Of a stretch of DNA of 21,248 bases, positions 7,238 through 16,359 are shown piece after piece. The notes below the pieces were generated by a model. It had not been told where the DNA came from. It did not search any database and worked only from the letters and a program-made list of their open reading frames with translations. Position 1 is the stretch's first letter, and each line of letters opens with the position of its first letter. A program made the position numbers and the translations under genes. This stretch comes from Candidatus Odinarchaeia archaeon (lineage in GTDB: Archaea > Asgardarchaeota > Odinarchaeia > Odinarchaeales > Odinarchaeaceae), in contig JAHQXC010000015.1 of the NCBI GenBank assembly GCA_029856525.1, positions 1-21,248 of the forward strand. The letters run 5' to 3'.

Positions 7238-9409
7238 TTGGAGGAGAAGCTTAGCGATTTAATCAATGATCAGTTAGACGAGCTTTACGCGAAGATAGGT
7301 GGCCGCAGCGAAGCCGTATGGGCTGCTCTATCACTTGACGTGTTAACAGTGGTTGAAAAAACCGGGTTAAATTTAACAGATACTCTTCAATTATTGAGTA
7401 AGATATTACGCGACGATCTTAAACTAGATGTTAAAACAGTTTTAAAAACAGATGACGCTAAAAAAATATACGCTAACATTCTAAATTTAATAGGGGAATT
7501 CTTCTCCACAAGCTACTCTAAAAATAAGATTAAACTATTCTATCCTCTGCCGTCTCAATTCACGGATGCTATTAAAAAACGCCAGGAGTATGCTATAGCC
7601 GCTAAAAAAACTGTTGAAGATTTAAGCGACGCGGATAAAACATGGTTTAGAAGCATGCTCTCAAAGATAACATCTCTAAGGAAACCTAGAGGCGCTGCGA
7701 GGATCCCTGGAAGAGTTATAATAACAGACGACAAGAAAATATTTGAAAAATATACAAGTAGATTATTGAACGAGTATTGTGATATACTTTATATTCCTGT
7801 TAAAGAAAGAGAGCGGCTGGTTGAATGTCTCCAAAACTATGAGAGTGTCATCTACGTTTCAGACAGCTCCTACTACCCTAGTGAACTAGAATACGCTGAA
7901 AACGTTGAAATTCTATCAGGTTCAACCCCTATAAGCGAGATTATACCTGAGAGAACTATCTCGTTTTTCACAGCTAACTATAATAGTATTAAAGCAGCCT
8001 GTGAAATCGCTTTAAAATGGTTTAGCCTAAACTTAGAGTATTTGAAGAAACTCTTCTCATCTAAATTTAATGAACGCGAGATAAGAGAGTTAACTGAAAC
8101 ATTGAATTATTTAGACGAGACTGGCGGTGTTAGAGAAGGATTAGACGCTGATATAGATAATCTCTCTAAAGCTTTAAAAAATATTGATAAAGTTATAGTC
8201 CAGGTTGAAACCGAGTTAAACGAGTATATTAAACGGAAGATTTCCTCCAGCGCTGTTACCATTAAAGGAGAGCAGATATTAAAGATTCTTCAATCAGCTT
8301 ACGACGAAGCGGACGCTGATAGAATTAAACAATATCTACCAGACGAGGTTATTGAAATATTCGAGAAAGCGATTCAAATAGGCGAGGAAGCGATTATTAA
8401 AAAACTATTTTTGCCGCAATCAGAGGCTGCGCTAGTTGACGGTATCCTGCCGAGAGAGATTAAACTGCCTTTAGAAGCTAACAGGAAGAAGATAGCTGAA
8501 TTAGAGTCTAATTTAAGAGCTAAACTCAACTCGAAGAAATATAAGCTTCTAAAGAATATTAGTAGAATACTTGATAAACATATTTTAACAGTAAACGCGT
8601 TGGTAGGATTCGTTCAAGAATTCGACTTCTTTTTAGGTCTAGGAGAGTTTGCTTTAAAATACGGGTTGAACCAGCCTTCAATAATAGAGAGCGAGGCGGG
8701 TATAGGTTTTAAAAACGGTGTTAACCTTTTCTTAAGAGAACAGGAGCTTAAAGGTAAGCTTAAAGCTGAACCTATAGACTATAATATAGGCTCAACTCCT
8801 TTAAACGGAGGTTATAAAGAGCATATTATTATTTTGACCGGGGCTAACTCGGGCGGTAAATCAATGTGCATTGAATTAATCGCTCAAATATCTATTCTAT
8901 GCCAGATGGGTTTACCTGTTCCAGCTCAAACAGCTTATATGAGTTTATTCGATGAAATCCACTTTTTCGCTAAAAGCCGCGGTATGCTCACAGCAGGCGC
9001 CTTAGAGGAGTCTCTTAAAAAATTTGCTAGAATCGCTTCTACGAATATATCTAAACTAGTTTTATTCGATGAAGTTGAAGCTATGACTGAAAGCGGTGCA
9101 GCCGCTAAGATCCTAGCAGCGGTTCTAGACATGCTCTCAGAGAACCCTAAAACATGCGCTGTAATGGTTACCCACCTAGGAGGCGAGATTATAAAACTAA
9201 CTAGAAGCCCTGTTAGAGTTGACGGTATTGAAGCTGAAGGCTTAGATGATAAACTGAATTTAATAGTTAACCGTAAACCGAGATATAATTATCTAGCCCG
9301 CTCCACTCCTGAGCTTATAGTTGAAAGACTTTTCAGACTATCTAAAGGTGATGAGAGAAAAGTTTATGAGAGGATTCTCCGAGAGTTCTCGAAGGAGGTT
9401 TCAACTTAA
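7238..9409 (+). CDS. Archaeal MutS-like ATPase (MutS5/MutS2-like, lacking the mismatch-recognition domain)
   Basis: C-terminal MutS domain V with Walker A TGANSGGKS, Walker B VLFDEVEAMTE, VTHL and VDGIEA. No Smr domain is apparent. TTG start. Confidence 0.85.
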   Translation: MEEKLSDLINDQLDELYAKIGGRSEAVWAALSLDVLTVVEKTGLNLTDTLQLLSKILRDDLKLDVKTVLKTDDAKKIYANILNLIGEFFSTSYSKNKIKLFYPLPSQFTDAIKKRQEYAIAAKKTVEDLSDADKTWFRSMLSKITSLRKPRGAARIPGRVIITDDKKIFEKYTSRLLNEYCDILYIPVKERERLVECLQNYESVIYVSDSSYYPSELEYAENVEILSGSTPISEIIPERTISFFTANYNSIKAACEIALKWFSLNLEYLKKLFSSKFNEREIRELTETLNYLDETGGVREGLDADIDNLSKALKNIDKVIVQVETELNEYIKRKISSSAVTIKGEQILKILQSAYDEADADRIKQYLPDEVIEIFEKAIQIGEEAIIKKLFLPQSEAALVDGILPREIKLPLEANRKKIAELESNLRAKLNSKKYKLLKNISRILDKHILTVNALVGFVQEFDFFLGLGEFALKYGLNQPSIIESEAGIGFKNGVNLFLREQELKGKLKAEPIDYNIGSTPLNGGYKEHIIILTGANSGGKSMCIELIAQISILCQMGLPVPAQTAYMSLFDEIHFFAKSRGMLTAGALEESLKKFARIASTNISKLVLFDEVEAMTESGAAAKILAAVLDMLSENPKTCAVMVTHLGGEIIKLTRSPVRVDGIEAEGLDDKLNLIVNRKPRYNYLARSTPELIVERLFRLSKGDERKVYERILREFSKEVST

Positions 9410-10216
9410 CTTATAAAATATTTGGAAGACATCTCCGCTTTTTAATCTAAGATTTTTCGCAGCGTCTCCTTTATTCACCGCGATTTCAATAAAACCCTTA
9501 CTACCCGGGAGGATTACAAGCCCTCCTTCACATGTATCCGCGAATATTCTCCCCATTTTCGCCTCGAATCTACCTTCTCTCGTTAAAAGTGTTAGAAATT
9601 CAGGTGTTTTATTTAAATTTTCGAATAGAATCTCAGCAGGGATACTGGTGATAATGTTCCCGAAATCATCCACGTCTATAACATGGCCTTCAACTCCGTT
9701 TTCTAACAGTTTATAGTATTCTAGCTTAAGTTGAACTATATTTTCAGTCTCGCAGCCGAACTCTTCTAAACTTATATTTTTAGCTAGATAACCTACTATA
9801 GGCGCCATAATATCTCTGCCGTGGAATGTATCTGAGAATCTTTTAAGAGAGTATTCTAAGTTTGTGAATTTGATTATTTTGGAAACACCCTCCCTCATAG
9901 CCGCCGGGTATAGAAGCCCGTTATCAGGGCCTACAAGATATTTTCCGCTTCTAGTTTTTATTATAAGAATACTTCTCTCAGATCCTACGCCTGGGTCTAC
10001 GATTCCAAGGTGAATTGAACCTGGAGGGAAATATGGGATAATTGATCTTAAAACAAGCGCTCCCTTTCTAATATTATACTTCGGGATTTGATGCGTTATG
10101 TCAACTATTTTAACATCCGGTGCGATGCTTAAAATAACACCTTTAACCGCACCAGTATACTCGTCAGCTAATCCGAAATCCGTGGTGAGGGTGACTATCC
10201 TACTCATATCTTTCAC
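9401..10216 (-). CDS. SAM hydrolase / SAM-dependent chlorinase-fluorinase family (DUF62)
   Basis: Motifs TLTTDFG, IVDITHQI, IVDPGVGSER, VGPDNGLL, TFHGRDI and DDFGNIIT. The start may be the ATG at 10207. Confidence 0.92.
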   Translation of the reverse strand: MKDMSRIVTLTTDFGLADEYTGAVKGVILSIAPDVKIVDITHQIPKYNIRKGALVLRSIIPYFPPGSIHLGIVDPGVGSERSILIIKTRSGKYLVGPDNGLLYPAAMREGVSKIIKFTNLEYSLKRFSDTFHGRDIMAPIVGYLAKNISLEEFGCETENIVQLKLEYYKLLENGVEGHVIDVDDFGNIITSIPAEILFENLNKTPEFLTLLTREGRFEAKMGRIFADTCEGGLVILPGSKGFIEIAVNKGDAAKNLRLKSGDVFQIFYKLS

Positions 10217-10734
10217 TTAAGAGACTGTGCTTCAATAAACTTGACTCGTTCAACGCCTTTTATATCATCTATTATTTCAGCTACACTCTCAGGGACTAGA
10301 GACCTCCAGTCTCCTCCCTCCCTCATCCGCCTTCTAACCTCCGTGGAAGAATACACGCTTCTATCATATTCTTCGAAGAATCTAGCGTCGAATCCGGCTG
10401 TTTTAAAAAGATAGTTGGAGAGTTTATCATTCGTGTAAACTACATCGAATCTTGGTACAAGTGAGACAACGTGGTGAACCCATAATCTGTTATCATCTAC
10501 ATCCTGTATCGGGATTAACATGTATTTAGAGCAGTTCACTCCCTCCTCCTCTAAAGCCGCCTTCAACATTGTAATTCTCTCACCGGCTGTAAACGGATTA
10601 TTTTGAAAGAAACACTTTTGCGCGCTTCCAATTCCTATAATAAGCATGCTAACTTTTTGGAGAATTGCTTTTATAGCGAGTATGTGGCCTTTATGAGGTG
10701 GTTGAAATCTCCCAATTATCAGTCCGACAACCAT
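10213..10734 (-). CDS. nadM: Nicotinamide-nucleotide adenylyltransferase (archaeal NMNAT)
   Basis: Motifs GRFQPPHKGH, IGIGSAQ, NPFTAGER, SSTEVR and WRSLVP. Confidence 0.95.
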   Translation of the reverse strand: MVVGLIIGRFQPPHKGHILAIKAILQKVSMLIIGIGSAQKCFFQNNPFTAGERITMLKAALEEEGVNCSKYMLIPIQDVDDNRLWVHHVVSLVPRFDVVYTNDKLSNYLFKTAGFDARFFEEYDRSVYSSTEVRRRMREGGDWRSLVPESVAEIIDDIKGVERVKFIEAQSLK

Positions 10735-10745
10735 TTAACCAGCCT

Positions 10746-11093
10746 CTACTCTTTTAGTAGATTTATATTTATAAGATGCTTCTTCAAGTTAACTTTACCT
10801 TTAACTATTTCAACCCCTTCTTCTACTAGCATATTCATCTTAACATCTCTTCCGTGAGCGTATCCACCGATCTCACCGTTAGCTTTAACCACTCTATGGC
10901 ATGGTACTTTTTCATGTGGGAAGGGGTTGTTGTGAAGAGCGTTTCCAACCGCTCTAGCATAGTTTTTAGAGCCGACGGCTTCTGCAATCTGACTGTAGGA
11001 GGCTACAAAACCTTTAGGAATCCTTGATACTATATCATATACCTGTCTTTTAAACTCGGTTAAAAGCTTAGAACTAAACCTTTCAGCCGGCAT
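10746..11093 (-). CDS. ogt: O6-methylguanine-DNA methyltransferase, C-terminal domain only (115 aa)
   Basis: Motifs VYDIVSRIPKG.V.SY..IA, ARAVGNAL, the active site VPCHRVV, and GGY. Start reassigned to the ATG at 11093, which follows GGAGGGAG; the longer ORF in the track runs into rtcA. Confidence 0.88.
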   Translation of the reverse strand: MPAERFSSKLLTEFKRQVYDIVSRIPKGFVASYSQIAEAVGSKNYARAVGNALHNNPFPHEKVPCHRVVKANGEIGGYAHGRDVKMNMLVEEGVEIVKGKVNLKKHLININLLKE

Positions 11094-11142
11094 CAGCTCC
11101 CTCCGATAATAAAATATACTGTAAACGCTTATTTTAAAAATT

Positions 11143-12210
11143 ATGATAGAGATAGACGGCAGTCTCGGTGAGGGTGGCGGCCAGATTCTGAGAACGAGTC
11201 TAGCGCTCTCAGCTCTTTTAAATAAACCTGTTAGAATATATAATATTCGAATGAACCGGCCTAACCCCGGGCTTAGACCGCAGCATATGGCTAGTGTGCG
11301 AGCGTTATCAGAGCTGACAGGAGCGGAGTTGAAAGGTTTAGAGGAAGGGTCCACTGAATTAATTTTTTCACCTAAAGGCGGAGGTGTTAAAAGAACTGTT
11401 ATCGATATCGGAACCGCTGGAAGCGTCTCTCTACTATTACAGGCTATAACCCCCTACTGTATTTTTACAGGCGACCGTGTTAAATTAAGGATTATCGGAG
11501 GCACCGACGTTAAATGGAGTCCGCCGATAGACTATGTTAAGCATGTTACGATTCCGATATTTAAAAAAATGAATATTAGAATAGATTTGAATCTTGTGAA
11601 GAGAGGATTCTACCCGAAAGGCGGCGGTGTTGTAGACGTGTTATTTCATCCATGCGATGAATTAACTCCGATTCAGATAGGAGAACAGTCGCGGATTCTT
11701 CAAATTAAAGGTGTTTCATACGCTGCTAATCTACCATCCCATGTTATTAAGAGGCAAGCTGAATCCGCTGAAGAAGTTTTAAAAAAATCTGGTTTAATCC
11801 CAGGTGACGTTATCATAGATATACTTCAAGAGGAACCTGTTAACGCTTTATCCCCGGGTTCAGGCATTGTCTTATACGCTATTATGGATAGAGGCGGGCT
11901 TATAGGCGCTGACTCTCTTGGTGAGAAGGGGGTTCCAGCTGAGAAAGTGGGTGAGGCGGCGGCTGACAGTCTTCTTCTTCAATTGAAGACAAAGGCGGGT
12001 GTCGACTACCATATGTGTGACATGCTTATTCCTTATCTAGCTTTAGCCTCAGGCTTATCGAAAATATACACGTCGAATATGACGCTTCACGCTTTAACAA
12101 ACATTATGATTGTTGAAAAATTCCTTAATGTTAAATTCAATGTAACAGGCGGGTTGAATAAACCATCTTATATCGAAGTGAAAGGGGGGATGTTGAATCA
12201 GCTACGTTGA
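11143..12210 (+). CDS. rtcA: RNA 3'-terminal phosphate cyclase
   Basis: Motifs IDGSLGEGGGQILRTSLALS, RPNPGLRPQH, GTAGS, GGTDV.WSPP, GFYPKGGG, and the His-adenylate motif VDYHMCD. Confidence 0.96.
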   Translation: MIEIDGSLGEGGGQILRTSLALSALLNKPVRIYNIRMNRPNPGLRPQHMASVRALSELTGAELKGLEEGSTELIFSPKGGGVKRTVIDIGTAGSVSLLLQAITPYCIFTGDRVKLRIIGGTDVKWSPPIDYVKHVTIPIFKKMNIRIDLNLVKRGFYPKGGGVVDVLFHPCDELTPIQIGEQSRILQIKGVSYAANLPSHVIKRQAESAEEVLKKSGLIPGDVIIDILQEEPVNALSPGSGIVLYAIMDRGGLIGADSLGEKGVPAEKVGEAAADSLLLQLKTKAGVDYHMCDMLIPYLALASGLSKIYTSNMTLHALTNIMIVEKFLNVKFNVTGGLNKPSYIEVKGGMLNQLR

Positions 12211-13202
12211 AGGTTTAACCCGTCTAGAATATTCTTCAAGACTTTTCTAGCTTCCACATCGTTAACAGATGAAATAGAGGCGGCCTCCCCTATTTCATCG
12301 ACTATTACACTCACCTTTTCAGGGGCTGCTAAATCAATTTTATTTATAACAGGGATCACCTGTTTATCTGTAAAGAAGTTTTTAATATACTTGTATAGGT
12401 TTAACTGGCTTGTTAAAGAATAGCCGCATGTTTCACTCGGATCGAACAAGTATATTATCAGATCAGCTAAGTGTTTTAAGGCGATAATCGACTGTAACTC
12501 GATTTTATTTCTTAAATCGGGTTCTCTGTCGAGGAGGCCGGGTGTGTCGACAACCTGTATCATATTTCCATTATACTCTAAATGTCCTACTAGAATCTTC
12601 TTTGTAGTGAACGGGTACTCTGCTATCTCAGGTTGAGCTGTTGAAACCGCTTTGACAAAAGTTGACTTACCGACATTAGGCTGACCGGCTACAACTATTG
12701 TGAAGCTTGTTTTATCTATGGATGGGAATCTGCGGGCTTCCACTATGATTTCACGTATAAAAGTTAAGCTTGAGCTGATCTTTTTTATAAGCGATGAGAC
12801 CCTTCCGTAAACTCTCTTTTTAAAAGCGATCACATCGCTTGTAGAGGTTATAGTTTTCAACCTTCTAGCTTCTTCATTTATTATTTTTCTTATAATAGGC
12901 GGGGTGCCGTTAATGGAGGATAACGCTTTCTTTACTTTATCAACTCCGAAAAGCGTATCTATTAAATCATAGTAGAAAGGATCAATAGTGTTCAGTGAAG
13001 GGAAATTTTTTACTATAGCGGTTAAACTATCTGTTAAAACTTTACCGAAAACCTTCATTTTAATCAGGCTTTCACGTTTAATAAATTCAAGTTTATCTTT
13101 AACTTTTCCAGGGTTATAGCTTGCTTTAAGAGATTTCCTGAAAGCTTTATCTAGCAGTGTCTCGCTTGTAGGAGTGGGTTTTAATTCTTCAAACGGATTC
13201 AT
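12198..13202 (-). CDS. NOG1-family GTPase (ribosome biogenesis)
   Basis: G1 GQPNVGKS, G2 YPFTTK, G3 DTPGLLDR, G4 NKID. The N-terminus MNPFEEL...LLDKAFR is typical, so the start is placed at the ATG at 13202. Confidence 0.93.
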   Translation of the reverse strand: MNPFEELKPTPTSETLLDKAFRKSLKASYNPGKVKDKLEFIKRESLIKMKVFGKVLTDSLTAIVKNFPSLNTIDPFYYDLIDTLFGVDKVKKALSSINGTPPIIRKIINEEARRLKTITSTSDVIAFKKRVYGRVSSLIKKISSSLTFIREIIVEARRFPSIDKTSFTIVVAGQPNVGKSTFVKAVSTAQPEIAEYPFTTKKILVGHLEYNGNMIQVVDTPGLLDREPDLRNKIELQSIIALKHLADLIIYLFDPSETCGYSLTSQLNLYKYIKNFFTDKQVIPVINKIDLAAPEKVSVIVDEIGEAASISSVNDVEARKVLKNILDGLNLQRS

Positions 13203-13276
13203 TTCAAAACCTCTATTCAACATTTTTTTCAATTAGTAGAAGGCTCGCCCTCCACTATATCACTATATAGTTCAAT

Positions 13277-13549
13277 CTAAGTTGAATAAGAAGAGCACCT
13301 CCTCTTAACCCATAAAACCTCGCCGGTAGCCTCGTCTATAACTGTTATTATACGGTGGTAGGGGATCACCACTTCCTCGCTCGCACTGTTAGTGTAAGTG
13401 AAATAAGAGGAGCAGATTCGATTAATCTTATCGGTTGTTATCTGCTGTGTATCGTTAGGCGCCCCTCTGTGAATGTAAGTTATCTTTAAAATTTTATTTT
13501 TAAACTTGGGATCCCATCTTAACTTATTAAGTAAGTCTCTTAATCTCAT
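13277..13549 (-). CDS. DUF504 / MJ1316-like putative RNA-binding protein
   Basis: Motifs LRDLLNKLRWDP, ITYIHRGAP and IPYHRI. About 90 aa; likely ATG at 13549. Confidence 0.8.
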   Translation of the reverse strand: MRLRDLLNKLRWDPKFKNKILKITYIHRGAPNDTQQITTDKINRICSSYFTYTNSASEEVVIPYHRIITVIDEATGEVLWVKRRCSSYST

Positions 13550-13659
13550 TCCGTTCAACAACTCTAAACGATTATTTTAACCGTATTAATTTAAATATGG
13601 ATTCGATTATTAAACTTAAAAGGATAATCTACTAGATGAGTTTCATCTAAGCCTATTGA

Positions 13660-14298
13660 ATGAAAGGTATCTTGGAGTTGAATGAATTGGCGCAGGAATT
13701 CCCTGAATGGGTTATCGGAGCGACGACTATAGGCATGGTTTGTTCGGATGGAGTTGTTTTAGCATCTGAGAAGAAGCTTTCCCTCGGAACTCTTATAATA
13801 AGTAAGACTGTTAGAAAAGTTTTTAAGATAACTGAGAATATAGGCGCGGCCTGTGCGGGTTTATCATCTGATTTTCAAGCGCTGGTGAGAACTATTCAAG
13901 CTTACGCTAACCTGTATAGTTTAGAGGTTAAAAAACCTATTACAACACGCGCCGCGGCTAAGGTTATGTCTAATATTCTATTCGCTAGGAAGTGGCTGCC
14001 TCTTATAACTGAGACTATTGTAGCCGGCGTTGACGAATCAGGTCCTCAACTTTACACGCTAGATTTAGTCGGCTCGCTTATCGAAGATGATTTTGCAGCT
14101 GTTGGAACAGGCGCTAAAGTCGCAGTCGGTGTATTAGAGTCAAAGTATAAGAAAGATATAACGGTGAACGAGGGGAGGGAGCTAGCTATACTAGCTGTTA
14201 AAACAGCCTCCGAGAGGGATATAGCTTCAGGTGAAGGAGTTGATGTTTTAACGATTAGTAAATCAGGTTCAGCTTTCACCTATATTCCGTTAAAATAA
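13660..14298 (+). CDS. psmB: Proteasome beta subunit, probably non-catalytic (Thr1 replaced by Ala)
   Basis: Motifs GATTIG...DGVVLASEKK, KVFKIT.NIG...AGL.SDFQ, GPQLY.LD..GS, A.GTG, and RDIASG. Confidence 0.93.
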   Translation: MKGILELNELAQEFPEWVIGATTIGMVCSDGVVLASEKKLSLGTLIISKTVRKVFKITENIGAACAGLSSDFQALVRTIQAYANLYSLEVKKPITTRAAAKVMSNILFARKWLPLITETIVAGVDESGPQLYTLDLVGSLIEDDFAAVGTGAKVAVGVLESKYKKDITVNEGRELAILAVKTASERDIASGEGVDVLTISKSGSAFTYIPLK

Positions 14299-15234
14299 AC
14301 CTTTACGTTTTAATTGAAGCCCGTACTCTGTTGTCACACCTATTTTTTCAAGTATCTCATAGGCTTCTAAGAAGCTTTTAGAATCAGCTATCCTCTGAGC
14401 CATCATATTATTTTTATAAACGATATCGGTTTTAAGATAATATGTGAATATTGAGAAAAACGTGAGCTCCGCTATTCTAGCACCGTCTCTTATAGGCGTA
14501 GGCCCTGTTCTCCCATCCGCTACTAGAAGAGGAAGCCTACTAGCCTCTGTTTTAACATATTCAACTCCTTTTCTCATCATTTCAACATCTTCGAAGCTTA
14601 AAGCTATAGCTCCTATAAACCCTTTCTCAGAGTAGATTTTAGCCAATCTCTCTGAAACTTCGTTAAGCTTCAGCTCCCCGTCGCAGCAAACACCGAACAC
14701 GCCTATAATACTGTTTACTGTCAGTTTTTTAAGAGCAGCCAGCATGATAGCGTCTGTTAGCGGACTCCTCAACCCTTTCTCATAACCGTTAGCTATCACA
14801 TCCCCTCCGACATCAACTCCTACGACTAGGTTAACTGAGAATCTCCTACAGAAGTCTTCAAGCCCCTCTCTAACACCTTCAACCCCCTTCGTTATATCCA
14901 CTAAAATAGTTTCTTCGCATAGAAACCTGCTCATCCCGCTTACTTGAAACTCTAATCCATAATTTGTTTTAGTTTCACCGCTAGCTAAACCAATAGTATC
15001 ATTAATTCTCACAATATTTTCAACTTCATCTAAAGATCTAGGCCCAGGCTTATAATCGAAGCGGCTTCTCTCGTATGCGACACCGCCCATTCTACAGTCA
15101 AACCCTATGCTTGCTAAAAAATTTCTAGTAGGAAGCGCGCCTAGAATATCCCCTCCCCCTCCTATACCGAGGATTAACGCTTTCCCCCCGTTTCTAACAC
15201 ATCTTTTAAATTCGTCGATTAACATGAACACCAC
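14290..15234 (-). CDS. DUF1152 family protein
   Basis: Motifs LGIGGGGDI, VGVDVGGDV, LRSPLTDA and CDGEL. Confidence 0.85.
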   Translation of the reverse strand: MVFMLIDEFKRCVRNGGKALILGIGGGGDILGALPTRNFLASIGFDCRMGGVAYERSRFDYKPGPRSLDEVENIVRINDTIGLASGETKTNYGLEFQVSGMSRFLCEETILVDITKGVEGVREGLEDFCRRFSVNLVVGVDVGGDVIANGYEKGLRSPLTDAIMLAALKKLTVNSIIGVFGVCCDGELKLNEVSERLAKIYSEKGFIGAIALSFEDVEMMRKGVEYVKTEASRLPLLVADGRTGPTPIRDGARIAELTFFSIFTYYLKTDIVYKNNMMAQRIADSKSFLEAYEILEKIGVTTEYGLQLKRKGLF

Positions 15235-15273
15235 GTTTCAAATCAAGTAGATTACCTAAATTTAATAATCAAC

Positions 15274-15303
15274 AAACTATTTTTAAATATCTAAAAATAG
15301 TTT
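15274..15303. repeat. Perfect 12-bp inverted repeat in the divergent DUF1152/taw1 intergenic region
   Basis: AAACTATTTTTA-aatatc-TAAAAATAGTTT. Confidence 0.8.
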
Positions 15304-15313
15304 TCTTTTAAAG

Positions 15314-16270
15314 GTGTTCTATTTGCCTATAATCCCTGGAGATGTTAAAAGACTGCTTGTGAAACAGAAATATCATATTGTAGGAGCGCACTCCGCTGTT
15401 AAAAAATGCAGGTGGCTTCATAAAAGTCTAGTTGAAAATAAGAGCTGTTATAAAGAGAAATTTTATGGTATTCGAAGCCATAGATGTGTACAGTGTACTC
15501 CATCTGTTATATGGTGTCCGAATTACTGCGTATACTGCTGGCGTGTTATGCCACAGGATGTAGGGTTTACCTGGGATCCACTCGGTATTAAATCTATCAC
15601 CGTAGATGATCCTGAAACCATATTTGAAGGTTTTATCAGAGAGCAGAGGAGGATTCTCTCCGGTTATAACCCGGAGGGTAACAGTAAAGTTGATAGAGTT
15701 AAATGGCTTGAAGCACAGGAGCCGAAGCATTTCGCTATCAGTCTTTCAGGTGAACCGTTACTGTATAGTAGAATAAGTGAGCTGGTAGATTATATTAAAA
15801 ATAAAGGTAACACTGTTTTCTTAGTTACTAACGGTCAGGAGCCGGATAAGCTAGCTGATTTAACAGAACCTTCTCAACTATATGTGTCGGTGAGCGCACC
15901 GGATGAAAGAGTTTACGCTAAGACGTGTAGGCCAACTTATTCAGACGGTTGGAGGCGCCTTCAGAGAAGCTTAGAATTACTATCCACTTTTAAATGCCCT
16001 ACAGTTTTACGCCTCACCCTGGTGAGAGATGTGAACATGGTTAATCCTCAAGGCTACGCTGAATCTATATTAAAGTCGAACTGTGATTATGTGGAGGTTA
16101 AAGCCGCGATGTTCGTAGGCGGATCGCTGTTTAGAATGAGATTCGAAAACATGCCTAGACACTCGGAGATTAAAGAATTCGCTGAGATATTAGCGAATTT
16201 AACAGGCTACTATATAGCTGATGAGGTTCTCAACAGCAGAGTTGTTCTGTTAAGTAAGAGGAGAAAATGA
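15314..16270 (+). CDS. taw1: 4-demethylwyosine synthase (radical SAM, tRNA-Phe G37 modification)
   Basis: Motifs HSAVKKCRW, CYKEKFYGI.SHRC.QCTPS, CxxxCxxC (CPNYCVYCWR), ISLSGEP, and SRVVLL. GTG start. Confidence 0.95.
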   Translation: MFYLPIIPGDVKRLLVKQKYHIVGAHSAVKKCRWLHKSLVENKSCYKEKFYGIRSHRCVQCTPSVIWCPNYCVYCWRVMPQDVGFTWDPLGIKSITVDDPETIFEGFIREQRRILSGYNPEGNSKVDRVKWLEAQEPKHFAISLSGEPLLYSRISELVDYIKNKGNTVFLVTNGQEPDKLADLTEPSQLYVSVSAPDERVYAKTCRPTYSDGWRRLQRSLELLSTFKCPTVLRLTLVRDVNMVNPQGYAESILKSNCDYVEVKAAMFVGGSLFRMRFENMPRHSEIKEFAEILANLTGYYIADEVLNSRVVLLSKRRK

Positions 16271-16359
16271 GAATATTAATCTTTTACAGCCGGCTTCAAA
16301 TAAAATCAAGTATAGTTTTAAATATTTAGCTGTTTATTTTAACACAGCGCTAAAAGGGT

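Noticed and set aside
11094-11354. N-terminal extension of the MGMT ORF in the track
   Set aside because: It is antisense to the rtcA 5' end, has no family similarity, and a good ribosome-binding site precedes the ATG at 11093.
16326-16353. Hairpin GCTGT...ACAGC upstream of translin that loosely resembles the gcvPA intron stem
   Set aside because: There is no 4-bp central helix flanked by 3-nt bulges and it lies in intergenic sequence. It may be a 5' leader hairpin or a chance match.
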